Source of the DNA: Octopus vulgaris
Lineage: Eukaryota
Direction: 5' to 3'
DNA length: 64,000 nucleotides
Assembly (NCBI GenBank): GCA_951406725.2
Contig: OX597824.1
Span: forward strand, 94,612,001 to 94,676,000
The translations under genes and the position numbers were made by a program. The notes under the pieces were generated by a model. That model was not told the origin of the DNA. It made no database searches and saw only the letters and a program-made list of their open reading frames with translations. Shown here piece after piece: positions 25,938 to 39,175 of this stretch; positions within the stretch are counted from its first letter, which is position 1; every line of letters begins with the position of its first letter.

Positions 25938-26639
25938 TGCACACACAGACAGACACACATATATACACATAGATATACATGCATACATATAATTTAATGT
26001 GTCTGTGCGTTTGTTGCAAATGAGTATATAATGTTTATATACTTTAAGCTTGATAGATTTTTTCGTATTTCTGAAGTCCATTTCCAAAAAATACTTGCAT
26101 AATGGCTTAATTTACGGCATTCATTACTCAAGAAAAGGAAGTATATTGCCAACATTTTTTGACATGTGGCAGTTTAGTGTTAATATATTTAATCTATGGG
26201 CCATTAAAAAAGCTAACTAGAGATATATAAATACGCAGCAACACTTGATAAGAGCACGTACAATTCGTTCATGATTATCATTTTCCTATTCAAAGTGATG
26301 GATTACCAGAATCCATAGAGCGTGGAATAAAATCTTTATGGCGTTTCTTCCGGCTTTACGTTCTGAGTTGAAATGCCACTGAGGTCGACTACGTCATTTA
26401 TATCGTTTCGGGCTCGATAAAATAAGTACAAGTTGTACACTGAGGTCAATGTATTTGAAAAATTGGTGTGTGGCGGGGAAAAACTATGGAGTATGGAGGG
26501 GAAAATTCAGGAGACGATGTGATGTTACCCTTTGAATATGTAGCGCATCGTTCGAGGTAAGTACTTAACATACATATTATACATACATCATGATGATGAT
26601 GATGATGATGATGGCCATCCACTCGTGACCGAGGAAGAC

Positions 26640-27221
26640 CATTCTTTTCTACTCTAGGCACAAGGCCCGATATTTTGGAGGAGGGGACCAGTCGATTAGA
26701 TCGACCCAGTACGCAACTAGTACTTAATTTATCGACCCCAAAGGCTAAACGGCAAAGTTGACCTCGGCGGAATTTGAAATCAGAATGTAATGACAGATGA
26801 AATACCTATTTCTTTATTACCCACAAGGGGTTAAACACAGAGAGGACAAACAAGGACAAACAAACGGATTAAGTCGATTATATCGACCCCAGTGCGTAAC
26901 TGGTACTTAATTTATCAACCCCAAAAGGATGAAAGGCAAAGTCGACCTCGGCAGAATTTGAACTCAGAACGTAGTGGCAGACGAAATACCTATTTCTTTA
27001 TTACCCACAAGGGGCTAAACACAGAGCGGACAAACAAGGACAGACATAGGTATTAAGTCGATTACATCGACCCCAGTGCGTAACTGGTACTTAATTTATC
27101 GACCCCGAAAGGATGAAAGGCAAAGTCGACCTCGGCGGAATTTGAACTCAGAACGTAGTGGAAGACGAAATACGGCTACGCATTTCTCCCGGCGTGCTAA
27201 CGTTTCTGCCAACTCGCCGCC
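26640..27221 (-). mobile_element. Head-to-tail trimer of SINE family B
   Basis: Full copy 27221 to about 26990, followed by two 5'-truncated units joined at the identical junction AAAGAAATA|GGTATTTC. Confidence 0.85.
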
Positions 27222-27865
27222 TTGTTTGTGTTGAAATTCCAATGAAGGAGCCTTGGATCCAGGATAGAAACCGGCTCTTTTTTTCTCTTGGCAAGAAATG
27301 CAGAAATAAAACGAAACATATATATACAAACTAAAATATGGCATACATACATACATACATACATACATACATACATACAGACGAATTCCGTTATTTTCTA
27401 GAGTGTGTGTATAGATATGTGCTTGTTGTTGCTATGATACACTATTGTTTAACGAGGAGACGATAAGATTTAATTGCTAATAACTCCGCCTTCTCAACAA
27501 AATTTCTCTAATACTCAGAAAATAATTTAACTCCATCTAATAAAACAATGTTCTCATTACATTCATTCATACAAACAGACAATCGAGCAAACACACGTAA
27601 GCAAATAACGAGTAGATTTGGGCGGGAATGGAGTGAAATAACGTGTGAATGAATTGATGGAAGAGTATAATGGAAGGGAAAACTAATAAAGACGGTAAAA
27701 TAAATATAGGTGTATATATATTTGGCTGTGGAACAGGCGCAGGTACAGAGTTTGAACAGGCGTAGGAATAGCTGTGAGGTTTAAGACGTTCGCTTTGCAA
27801 CGATGTGATTGTGTGTTCAAATACAACGCGGCACTGGCAAACTGAACAATCACTTTATAAGTGAA

Positions 27866-28257
27866 CTAGCAGCATCGCCCGGCGTTGCTCGGGTTTGTTT
27901 CGACCCTTTAGAATTGGAATTTTTGAAAAGTAAAAATTTTGCATTATGTAGCTTGTTATTCTCTTAAAGTGAACATTTTTCTGGTTGAAATACACCGAAA
28001 AATGGCGACACAGCAGTCAAAATCTCGTAAAAAATAAGGATTTTCATAGAAAAAAAGCAGCATTTTGAAGTAAATAATTTTTGGTGTTAACATGGTCCGA
28101 TTTGAATTGTTTCTTCTACGTAAGGAAGAGCAAGCCTTCTTCTATCATACTCTCAATTTTGGTCAACTTGTGCCGCAGGGTCTTGGAGGAGATAGTGTTA
28201 GTTGAAGGCTACCAAACCTGCCATACACAGACAACTTCAGCTTTATATAGAGAGAGA
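27866..28257 (-). mobile_element. Non-autonomous Helitron H1, 392 bp
   Basis: 5' TC, 3' CCCGAGCAACGCCGGG hairpin plus CTAG, A|T insertion site. Homologous to 2484-2875. Confidence 0.82.
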
Positions 28258-28603
28258 TTTAGGTGATAAAAATTGTGTCAACGCTCGCCGTATATTATCT
28301 CATATTTTATTTTTTTACCATAGAAACAGAAAAAAATATTGATTAAGAAAGTAATTTTGTTACTAAGCTACAGAATTTAGGGCAGGAATATACTAATCGC
28401 TTACACTTACCCCAGTTCTAGATTGGTGATTATTTTATCGATCTTATCAAGATAAATGGTGAATCTGGTCCCGGTTGTATTTGAACTCAGAATGTGACAT
28501 AAAGCGGTGTAATAGTTTGTCTGACGCTCAATTGATTTTATCGCATCCTCGGGTCTGTGAGAGCCAAATGAGAGGTCACAGGTTTTATTCACGTATAATC
28601 GAT

Positions 28604-28825
28604 ACTCTTTTACTCTTTTTCTTGTTTCAGTCATTTGACTGTGGCCATGCTGGAGCACCGCCTGTAGTCAAGCAAATCGAGCCCAGGACTTCCACCGAGG
28701 TCGACTTTGCCTTTCATCCTTTTGGGGTCGATAAATTAAGTACCAGTTGCTTACTGGGGTCCATCTAATCGACTGGCCTCCTCTCCCCAAATCTTCGGAC
28801 CTTGTGTCTAGAGCAGAAAAGATTA
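28604..28825. mobile_element. SINE A tail (-) fused to truncated SINE B (+, tail B)
   Basis: Switch at about 28690 from CCCAGGACTT to CCACCGAGGTCGACTTTGCC. Confidence 0.75.
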
Positions 28826-29410
28826 TTTCTTATATTGTCTGTTCTGGGTTGCATTACTTTTACACACTCATCATGCATTATTTATTTATCTATTTATTTA
28901 ATTCTATGCATTAAATAGTTTCAGATGTACGAAATACAATAACTACACGATACATGCTGCAGCACTGGGGATGTTAATTTAATTTACTCACTGAGAAGGC
29001 GACAATTCACTCTGTCACTACTTCGAGTCACATTTGACAAGCCACACGCATAGCTCTATACCCTTATACCTCGTAAATTTTTCTGCGTGTCATTTCATTT
29101 CTCGTTTTCAGATTAGCCAGAAGCAAATCATTTCTGTAACAGCTTCCCCAGCGTTGCATAGCAAACTAAATTGCTAGTCATTAAACTAGATCACACGTTT
29201 AATGCGTTGAGTGGGTGGTTGAACTAACAGGCTAGTTCATTAGTTTTGTGGTCGCCTTTGTTATATGTTTAAAGCCATAAGAACGCTTCAAAATTATTAC
29301 TGAAATGTCGGTTCATGTACTGTGCTCTAAATCTGCTACAGATATTTTGAAGTATTTCTGGGGGGGGGGGGGGGATTCAGTTCGTTGTTGTCTCATTTGA
29401 CTTACATATA

Positions 29411-29568
29411 CAGGAGGGGCTGTGTGGTAAGACGCTTGCTTCCCAACCACATGGTTCCGGGTTCAATCCCACTGCATGGAACCTTGAGCAAGTGACTTGT
29501 ATTATAGCCTCAAGCCGACCAAAACCTTGTGAATGGATATGGTAAACAGAAACTGAAAGAAGCTCATC

Positions 29569-29613
<45 letters not shown>

Positions 29614-29619
29614 CATACA

Positions 29620-29651
<32 letters not shown>

Positions 29652-29805
29652 CACATATGTATATATTTGTGTGTTTGTGTTTGGCCTCCACCATCACTTG
29701 ACACCGATGTTATTGTGTTTACGTCCCCGTAATCTAGCGGTTTGGCAAAAGAGATTGATTGAATAAGTACTAGTCTTACAGAGAATAAGTCCTGGGATCG
29801 ATTTG
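29411..29805 (+). mobile_element. SINE family A, 3'-truncated
   Basis: Head with GGTTCAATCCC, CCTTGAGCAAGTGACTT and internal (TA)/(CATA). Confidence 0.85.
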
Positions 29806-30204
29806 GTGCGCAACTGTAAAAAACTTAAATGGATAATCATTAGTTTCCAGTCGTTTAATCAACTGATCTTATAAATATATTCGTTAAAACGAAATGTCAT
29901 AAGTGGTTGAGTATTCCAAAGACGCGTGAACACTTAAAGTAATTCCCAGGTAGAATCAATGTGGCACGGTGTGGAGGTGTGGGACAAGGTCTGTTTTTTT
30001 AATTACAGGTGCAAATTCATCCCATGAGCTTCCGTATATTTGTGTTTTGTGACTCTCCACCCCGAAGGATGAAAGATAAAAGCTGATTACCACCGTGAGA
30101 TTTGAAATCAGAAAATAAAGAACCGTTACTAAGTGCGTCAGGAGATAGTTTTTGTTCGTTGCTCTACCGACTCTGCCGTCTTTATTGCACTTAGGACGAT
30201 TACG

Positions 30205-30423
30205 ATGGTGGCGGTGGTGGTGGAGGTGGTGGTAGTGGTGGTGGTGGTGGTGGTGGTGGTGGTGGTTTTGGCAGTGGTGGTGGTGGTTTTGGCGGTGGTG
30301 GTGGTGGTGTTGTTGTTGGTGGTGGTGATGATTATGACGACGACGACGATAGTGACGACGATGAAAATGACATCGACGGAGGAGGAGGGAGGAATGGTGG
30401 TGCCGATGTTGATGGTGCTGGGT

Positions 30424-30457
<34 letters not shown>

Positions 30458-30603
30458 CATCGACGGAGGAGGAGGGAGTAATGCTGGTGGTGGTGCTGCT
30501 GATGTTGATGGTGCTGGGTATGACGATGATGATGATGATGACATCGACGGAGGGGAAGGGAGCAACGGTGGGGGGGTTTTGGTGGTGGTGGTGGTGGTGG
30601 TGG
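30205..30603. repeat. GGT/GAT low-complexity tract with three GACATCGACGGAGG-containing units
   Basis: Direct inspection. Confidence 0.85.
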
Positions 30604-30982
30604 ATTCCCGAGTAGACTCGAGGCAGAAAATGGCAACAGCGAGCAACAGCAACCAAAACAAAAAGCAGTCAAAAAAAACAGAAAAAAAGGTGACAGAATT
30701 AATCTTCGTAGAAAAAAAGGTTCCTCTGTAATCAGAGAATGAAACTGAAGAAGTGTCGAAGAAGGGTGGGGGGAAGACAAAGAGGGGAGAAGGAGAAGGA
30801 GAAGGAGATCTCTACCCGTTCGTTGTTGATCGCGCCACCCTTTATCTTAAGCGCAATATATATTATCGACATCAAAGCTTGCATTTCATTGACTCAACAC
30901 AAGTTTTCTTAGCACGAAACCAATTTTAGTTCAGTTCGGTGCCAGACTCGCTGAAAGGACCATCATTGCCTTCCTGACGGCA

Positions 30983-31298
30983 TTATTATCATCATCATCA
31001 TCATCATCATCTTCTTCTTCTTCTTCTTCTTCTTCTTCTTCTTCTTCTTCTTCTTCTTCTTCTATTTCTTCTTCTTCTTCTTCTCCTTCTTTTTCTTCTT
31101 CTTCGTCGTCTTCTTCTTTTTCTATTTCTTCTTTTTCTTTTTCTTCTTCTATTTCGTCTTCGTCTTCTTCTTCTTCTCCTTCTTCGTCTTCTTCTTCTCC
31201 TTCTTCTTCTTCTTTTTCTTCTTCTTATTATTATTATTCCTCTTCTTTTTCTTCTTCATCTTATCTTATTCCTTCTTATTATTATTATATTCTTATTC

Positions 31299-31349
<51 letters not shown>

Positions 31350-31390
31350 CTCTTCTTCCCCCTCCTCCTCTTCTTCCTCTTCTTCTTCTA
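30983..31390. repeat. (CAT)/(CTT)/(ATT) trinucleotide tract
   Basis: Direct inspection. Confidence 0.9.
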
Positions 31391-32279
31391 TCTACCCTAA
31401 TTCTTGGTTTTCACTGAAGCACAAAACTATATATATATATACATAGGCACACCCTTTATTTGGAAAGATAACAACGTTATTATGAATTCTGACGTTGAAA
31501 GGCGTTCGGCGTTTCTTCATGATGGGCTTTGAAAATATTAAGGATTATATGTCTGTATCTCCTAACGAAATTATCTTAACGAAAACAAGATGTCGGTAAA
31601 CCTTTGTTTTTATGAGTAATAAATACGTGGCCGAAGGTTTGTGTTGAACGCAAACGAATACACAAACGGATTCACTAAGAAAAAACCATCAAACATTTAC
31701 GCTCAGCCAATATATATATAGGCACGAATGTAAACAGTTCTGATAATTTTGTGTACATATATACATACATACATACATAAATATTTATATATATACAAAC
31801 ATACATGTATGCATACATAGGTACGTACATACATCCATACATAATGCATACATGCATACATATATACATATATACACACATACGAACATGCATACATATA
31901 TACAAACATACATACGTTCATACATACATACATACAAACATACATACAAACATACATACAAACATACATACATTCATACACACATACATACAAACATACA
32001 TACATGCATACGCACAAACATAGATACACACATACATACATACATACATACACACATACATACACACATACATACACATACATACATACATATACACACA
32101 TTCATACATACATGCATATACACATACATACATACATACATACATACATACATACATACATACATACATACATACATACATACATACATACATACATACA
32201 TACATACATGCATGCATGCATACATACATGCATATACACATGCATACTTGCATACATACATACATACGTGCATGTTGGA

Positions 32280-32511
32280 AGGGCAAACACAGACACACAA
32301 ATACACACACACACACATACACACATATACATATATACACATATATACGACGGGCTTCTTTCAGTTTCCGTCTACCAAATCCACTCACAAGGCTTTGGTC
32401 GGCCCAAGGCTATAGTAGAAGACACTTGCCCACGATGCCACGCAGTGAGACTGAACCCGGAACCATGTGGTTGGTAAGCAAGCTACTTACCACACAGCCA
32501 CTCCTGCGTCT
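32280..32511 (-). mobile_element. SINE family A, head half
   Basis: Matches the family head. Abuts a long (CATA)n tract at 31755-32270. Confidence 0.85.
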
Positions 32512-32517
32512 ATACAT

Positions 32518-32576
<59 letters not shown>

Positions 32577-33611
32577 AGTTAGACATGGCCTGGGCCAATA
32601 ATGGCCGAAACCTATCAAAGTATCAAAGTATATATATATACATACATACATACATACATATATATTTATATATATATATACATATATATTTCCATATATT
32701 TATATTCATAAACATACATACATACATACATACATACATGTGTGTGTGTGTGTGTGTGTGTGTGGTGCTCCAGCATGACCGCAGGCGCATGGCTGAAACG
32801 AATAAAAGAATAAATAAATACATATGAGAAAGTCCTGAACTAAAACGGCCAAATGCTTCAGTTTATTATTCTATATGGCAAGGAACCAGCTGGCAGGAGG
32901 GGAGCGCATGGGTTCTGTAAAAAAAAAGCACCTCTCCTTTTTTCTGCCCATTCTCGCACGCACACACCATACACACAGTCTCAATATATATATAAATAAA
33001 GTATTATCTAGAATGCCTACAAAGGCATGCTGAAATAATGTAACTGCATACTTTTGCTTGTATACAAGATTATGGTTTTATGATCCCACGTCCATCTTGC
33101 GCTTTCGCTGCTCTTCTATGACGTCAGGGAACTAGCATCGACATATTTCTAAGATATGTTCATTCATTAAAGATATCTTGTCTTACGGGACACAAAGCCA
33201 AAATCTCTCGAAATAGACATCAAATGTCTGTAATGCAAAAGCATCAATGATACGGTACAATAGCTTGCAGCATTAAAATCCAGAACCTGTCAAAGATAGA
33301 ATCCTACTCGCCAAAACTGAGATATAGAAAGCAACCAATTATATTTAATGCACATACATACATACATACATACATACGCATGCGCATTCATATAGGGATG
33401 TGAGTTCAAGTCTCATGGCTGGCCACCGACAGATTTTTCTGCAAAATATGGATAGTTAATCCTGTTCATGCTATATTATTAGCATTATCCTGCGTTTGAG
33501 AATAAAATTATTTCCTTATCTATATCTTTCAATACATCTCAACGCTTCTAAGGCAAACTTTGTTTGTTGACTTTGAACGTAAGTTGAATTTAACGTATTG
33601 AATATTATATA

Positions 33612-33977
33612 CTAGCACTATGACCTGGCAACGCCGGGTCATAATGCTAGTGCATGCATATGCAGCTGCATGCATGCGCACATACACACGAGTACTATCC
33701 AAATCTCCAACCAATCACATACAGCTAGCTGGCATTCAATTGGCGTATCAAGGTTCGGGGCATTTTGATTGGGTTTTGGATAGAAACTTCACAAAAAAAG
33801 TCACTTCTATTGATTTTTTAATGGCTTTGCGGGGTGACTGGGGAAATGTAAAGATGTGCACGACCACCCTTGGACGGATTTGAATGCCCATAGAAAGTGC
33901 GAGCCCTCTAACTGAAAAATTGTGGATTTGTATAAAGGACACACACACAGACATTTTGCCGTTTATATATATAGAGA
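33612..33977 (-). mobile_element. Non-autonomous Helitron (family H2)
   Basis: Minus-strand 5' TCTCTATATATATAAACGG. 3' end is a 39-bp near-palindrome ending in CTAG. A|T insertion site. Confidence 0.7.
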
Positions 33978-34470
33978 TCCCACGCCTGCACTCTCCGTCA
34001 ACCAAATTCGCTCACAATGTATTGGCTGGCCCAGGGCTAAAATAGAAGACTCTTGCCGCCAGTCCGATTTACCGAGCAATGGAACTGAACCCAGAACCCC
34101 GTGGTTGCAAAGCGAAGTATTTAACCGCACACCCACCGCTTCCTATAAAACAGCCTGGAGAAACTTTTTTGCACGAACTCGCCCATTTATTTTTGATCTT
34201 AAAATATTTCCATCACATCCCACAGACTTGCTTAACGTCCGTTTGATCTCCAGAATTCAAACATAAGATCAGATGAAAATAGTAAAATTCTTCGGCTTTC
34301 ATCTACGCTCTTTCTTTTACATACGTTACAAATTAATTACCACATAAGCTTGTTGGTGCCTTTCGATCTGCCCCACCTTAATTATGTTAATAATTTCAGA
34401 TCTTTAAGCAATTACGATGCTAGAATGATGGCAGCGCTGCAACACTCCTCTATGTCTATTTTTTGGATCA

Positions 34471-34537
<67 letters not shown>

Positions 34538-34627
34538 GGTGGTGGTGGTGGTGGTGGTGGTGGTGGTGGTGGTGGTGGTGGTGGTAGTAGTTGTGGTAGT
34601 GGTGGTTATGGTGGTAGTAGTAGTTGT

Positions 34628-34822
34628 TGTTTTCAGTCATTGGACTGCGGTCATGCTGGAGCACTGCACTTAGTCGAGAAAATCGACCCCGGGACTTATT
34701 CTTTGTAAGCCTAGTACTTATTCTATCGGTCTCTTTTCCCGAACCGCTAAGTTACGGGGGCGTAAATACACCAGCATCGGTTGTGAAGCGATCTTGTGGG
34801 GACAAACACAGACACACATGTA

Positions 34823-34854
<32 letters not shown>

Positions 34855-35165
34855 CGACGGGCTTCTTTCAGTTTCCGTCTACCAAATCCACTCACAAAGC
34901 TTTGGTCAGTCCAAGGCTATAGTAGAAGACCCTTGCCCAAGGTGCCACGCAGTGGGACTGAACCCGAAACCATGTGGTTGGTAAGCAAGCTTCTTACCAC
35001 ACAGCCACATACGACGGGCTTCTTTCAGTTTCCATCTACCAAACCCACTCACAAAGCTTTGGTCGGCTCAAGGCTATAGTAGAAGACACTTGCCTAAGAT
35101 GCCACGCAGTGGGACTGAACCCGGAACCATGTGATTGGAAAGTTTCTTACCACACAGCCATGTCT
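34628..35165 (-). mobile_element. SINE family A with a duplicated head module
   Basis: ATACGACGGGCTTCTTTCAG...ACCACACAGCCA occurs twice in tandem (about 34852-35008 and 35009-35161). Confidence 0.85.
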
Positions 35166-36939
35166 GCACAAAATAGCTTAACATTTCTTTTTTTTTAAAT
35201 ACAATTCTTGATAATATCTTATTCGAAAAATATAAAAAGATCTTTTAGATATTGACTGGCTTTGAGGGTCCATAGAGAGAAAATGGTTGAGACCAACTGA
35301 TTAGAACTTATCCCTGGTAAGTCATCCATCACCAAGAACAAATCCTTACTCACCTATGAAAGATTCAGCAGCGACCATCCTTCTCTCACCATTCCAATTA
35401 TATCTCAACACTTCATTCGTCATCGGTTCATTTTCGTTCCACATTTAACTCTGTCCTAAAAATATTACCATATTTTTTCTTTCTTTCTTTTTTTTTTGGG
35501 GGGGGGGGGGGTGTTTTATGTATTTTCTTTCAGTAATTAACAATCTGGAAAGCAAATAAATAAATATATCTATTCTCGTTTGTCACGGGGAGTTGGTTAA
35601 AAACAACACAATCATAAATGAATCAGTGATAAGTGAATCATCTCAATGCGCTTTGTAAATAAAACAAACTGTAGATTCATTGACACCAAATCGCGGCCAA
35701 GCAGCAGCAGCGAAGACTCTATCGTTCCATATTTTCTTGATCCTTTCAACTTGTTTCCTGTATAGAATACGCTCGTCTGCACCGTTTGTTAGGATCAGAC
35801 GCCTTAGTGTTTTTTCGGTTCACGGGTCCCATGTTGATGAGTACGAGTACGTAAGCCCTTATAAAAAAATACACAACCTCGCAATACAGGTTATAAGATC
35901 ACAGCTAAGGCTGGATCTAGGGATGTGTATTAGGGTTCCGTTATAACAGGTATATATTATATTATAGAGAAAATCTAAACCAAGGCAGAACGAGTATCTC
36001 AAGTCATTTAGAATAATTTAATTAGGATAAGGTGAATGTGAAGTCTTACGGCCGTTTCTATATTTATATATATACAACATGAATTGCGCGGGATTTCTCC
36101 TCGTGAGAAACCTAGTGATTTTTATGCAATCCATCAATGGAGATGAGAATGATAAACGTTTAGAGAAAGTGGGACGTTATCGTCTGTATGCGGCGGTGGA
36201 GACGAGAAGGGGAGATAACACGGAGGTGTAATGTAACCTTAAGATCTTGATACTCCTATTAACGAAAGAGGAGAGTCTGTTTCAATGATGACCCAAGGTC
36301 TGAACTCGCTTTGCGTATTTCCTTTGATAAAAAAAAAGAAGATAAATCAGTGAGGACATGAATGAGTAGAGGAGACGAAGGGGGGAGAGAAAGAGACGGT
36401 AACGATGAGGTTAGAGAAAGATAGAAAAGAACCGAAGAAAAGAACAGGAAGTGTGTAGCGGGGATATGTGTGTGAACAATTGGCAATGGCCGACATCTGT
36501 TGCTTCATTTTTCTTTTCTCTCCCTCTCTCTCTCATTCTGCCCTCATCTCTCCCATTCTCTCTTCTCTCTCCTATCTTCGCTTTTCTATTTCCGCGGTCT
36601 CCCTCCCTTTCTCTCCCCCTCTTCTCTCTCTCTCTCTCTCGCTCTTCCTGTCTTACCTTCTTACGATACAGTCTCCTCCTCATATCGTCTCTCTCCCTTT
36701 AATGCCTTTCTTGTCTCTCACTCTCCCACTCACACACACACACGCCCTCTCGCTCTCTCTCTTTCTTTCTCTCTCACACACTCTTTCTTCCTTTTTCTCT
36801 CCTTTTCCCCCTCACTTTCCTTTCTTCTCAATCACTCTTTTTTCGATTTTACTCCCCCCCCCCCACTTATCACTCTTCTCTCTCCCCTCCTCACTCTTCA
36901 GGTTTCTTAGTATTCTTATCTTTTCCCCTCTCATTCTAC

Positions 36940-37182
36940 TCTTCTTCTTCTTCTTCTTCTTCTTCTCATCCTTCCTCTTCTTCTTCTTCTTCTTCTTCTT
37001 CTCATCCTTCCTCTTCTTCTTCTTCTCATCCTTCCTCTTTTTCTTCTTCTTCTTCTTCTTATCCTTCTTCTTCTTCTTCTTCTCATCCTTATTCTTCTTC
37101 TTCTTCTTCTTCTCATCCTTCTTCTTCCTCTTCTTCTTCTCATCCTTCTTCTTCTTCTTCTTCTTCTCATCCTTCTTCTTCT

Positions 37183-37229
<47 letters not shown>

Positions 37230-37238
37230 TTCTTCCTT
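36940..37238. repeat. (CTT)n tract interspersed with CTCATC
   Basis: Direct inspection. Confidence 0.93.
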
Positions 37239-37339
37239 ATACAGTTTCTCATTTCCGGTAATTTATCTTCAAAACATGCACACGCAATCAGACATACTGA
37301 TCTCTGTCTTTCTCTCCCCCCCTCTCTTTCTCTTTCCCC

Positions 37340-37400
<61 letters not shown>

Positions 37401-37403
<3 letters not shown>

Positions 37404-37536
37404 GGAGTAAGCACATAAATGTGAAACAAGGTGGAAATAAGAGTACTCAAATACCAGAGGTAGAGTAATGTGCTTTATTTAAAAACAGCAGAAATATAAC
37501 AAAAGCTGTTACTCAGAGTTTCACGTTTCCGTTCGT
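37401..37536 (-). mobile_element. Family R3 element, truncated within the hammerhead core
   Basis: Near-identical to 23143-23278. Stem II loop is GAAA instead of GGAA. Confidence 0.75.
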
Positions 37537-37548
37537 ACATAGTACACA

Positions 37549-38402
37549 CGAGGTGCATTCCAGAAACTTTGAGACATTTTTAGGAGAGGCAGTAATAACT
37601 GTCCTAGAGCAGTGTAATTCTAGTATATAAATTACTATACATCAAAATAAGCCGACCTGAGAACTTTCGTTGTTCCTGATTGAAGGAGATGACTGTAACA
37701 GAACTTTGAACTCAACTTGCTAAGCAATGCTTGTCACAACTGACTAGTTTTCAGAATGCAATCGGGACGTGAAGATAATTTGGAAGTTCGCTATGCAATG
37801 AAGTTTTGTGTAAAAATGCTAGAGCAACTTCTGAAGTTCTCCAGACTGCTTATGGGATGAATTTGCATGAGCCGAGCGTCTATTTTTCGCTAGCACAAGA
37901 GGTCAGGTAAAGCAAGTCCACCAGGACCCTCTTTTTCGACAGCAATTTTTTTCTACATCCATAAGGTTCCCTCTGACCAGACGACCAACAATGAGAGGTT
38001 TGTGGAAGTTTTGAGGGAGTTCAGGAAGAGATTTCGTCGCAACTGGCCAGAACTTCTGCAGCGGGACAATGTACCATTCCGCAATTCAATCCTGGTAATC
38101 AACTACATGACAGAGATGGGTATCAAAATTGCCCCTCATCCTCGCTATACAATACAGACCTTGCTCCCTGCGATTTTGTTTGTTTCCCGAGCTGAAGGAG
38201 ATGAAAGAGGTTGTGTAACAAGTATCCTGGATCCGTTCACTTTAAAAAAAAAAAAAACTTTCTGAGAGGTTTCACGAAGTGGTTGGAGCCCTACAACGAT
38301 TCACTGATTATTTAGAGGATTCTACATGGAAGGAGTTTTGCACTTTGAAATTAACAAAATGTCTCATAAGAAAAAGTCTCAAAACTTCTGGAATGTACCT
38401 TG
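37549..38402 (+). mobile_element. Internally deleted mariner DNA transposon
   Basis: TIRs CGAGGTGCATTCCAGAAACTTTGAGAC / GTCTCAAAACTTCTGGAATGTACCTTG followed by TA. Transposase remnants LEVRYAMKFCVK, MSRASIFR, VEVLREFRKRFRR..QRDN.P..NS.LV..Y...MGIK...HP.Y and DLAPCDF. Confidence 0.88.
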
Positions 38403-38467
38403 TATATATTGCATGTGTGTTTGTGTGTGTGTGTTCGTACATATATATATATATATATATATATAGT

Positions 38468-38650
38468 GAAGGCGCGTGACTTAGTAGTTAGGGCATTCGG
38501 CTCACGATCATAAAGTCGTGAGTTCAATTCCCGGCGACGCGTTGTGTCCTTGAACAAGACACTTTATTTCACGTTGCTCCGGTTCACTCAGCTAGCAAAA
38601 ATGAGTTGTACCAGTGATTCAAAGGGCCAGCATTGTCGCACTCTGGGAAC
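38468..38650 (+). mobile_element. SINE family C, 3'-truncated
   Basis: tRNA-Arg-like head (CTCACGATC) and CORE-like GTGTCCTTGAACAAGACACTT. Confidence 0.8.
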
Positions 38651-38695
38651 TGCGTTAAAGGTACACCTAACAAATCTAAGACGCATACCACAGCC

Positions 38696-38726
<31 letters not shown>

Positions 38727-39109
38727 CGCACGTGCACAGTATACACGCACACAATAGCCTCCTACGCATACATACACACTAGCACACACACACACACACT
38801 GGGCTCACTGTTGCCTCCCTAGCCATTCACGCCTTAAGCAACCTCTGTACACTTCCGGTCATTACAGCATACCGTCACGGTTATATCTACGGGCGTTTCC
38901 TTCTCCATTTTCCTACACATTTTTCTCATACTTTTTTTTTCCTTTCGTCTATCCTATCTTTCAGATGAAGAGTATATGTTCTAAATATATAAAAGACTTT
39001 TCCTTCGTTTCCCCCCCCCGCCCCACCATTTCCTGAACGTTAACCTTAATACACTCGAATTATTTATCTCGTCTTGGCGATACATGCTTTACTTCATATA
39101 CACGTACAT

Positions 39110-39175
<66 letters not shown>

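Noticed and set aside
26640-27221. Possible CRISPR-like periodic array
   Set aside because: Units are ~184-bp SINE segments without unique spacers, in a eukaryotic context.
29956-30780. 274-aa His-rich ORF
   Set aside because: Built from GGT/GAT repeats and degenerate SINE pieces.
36468-37418. Poly-Phe/Lys/Arg ORFs
   Set aside because: (CTT)n and CT-rich tracts.
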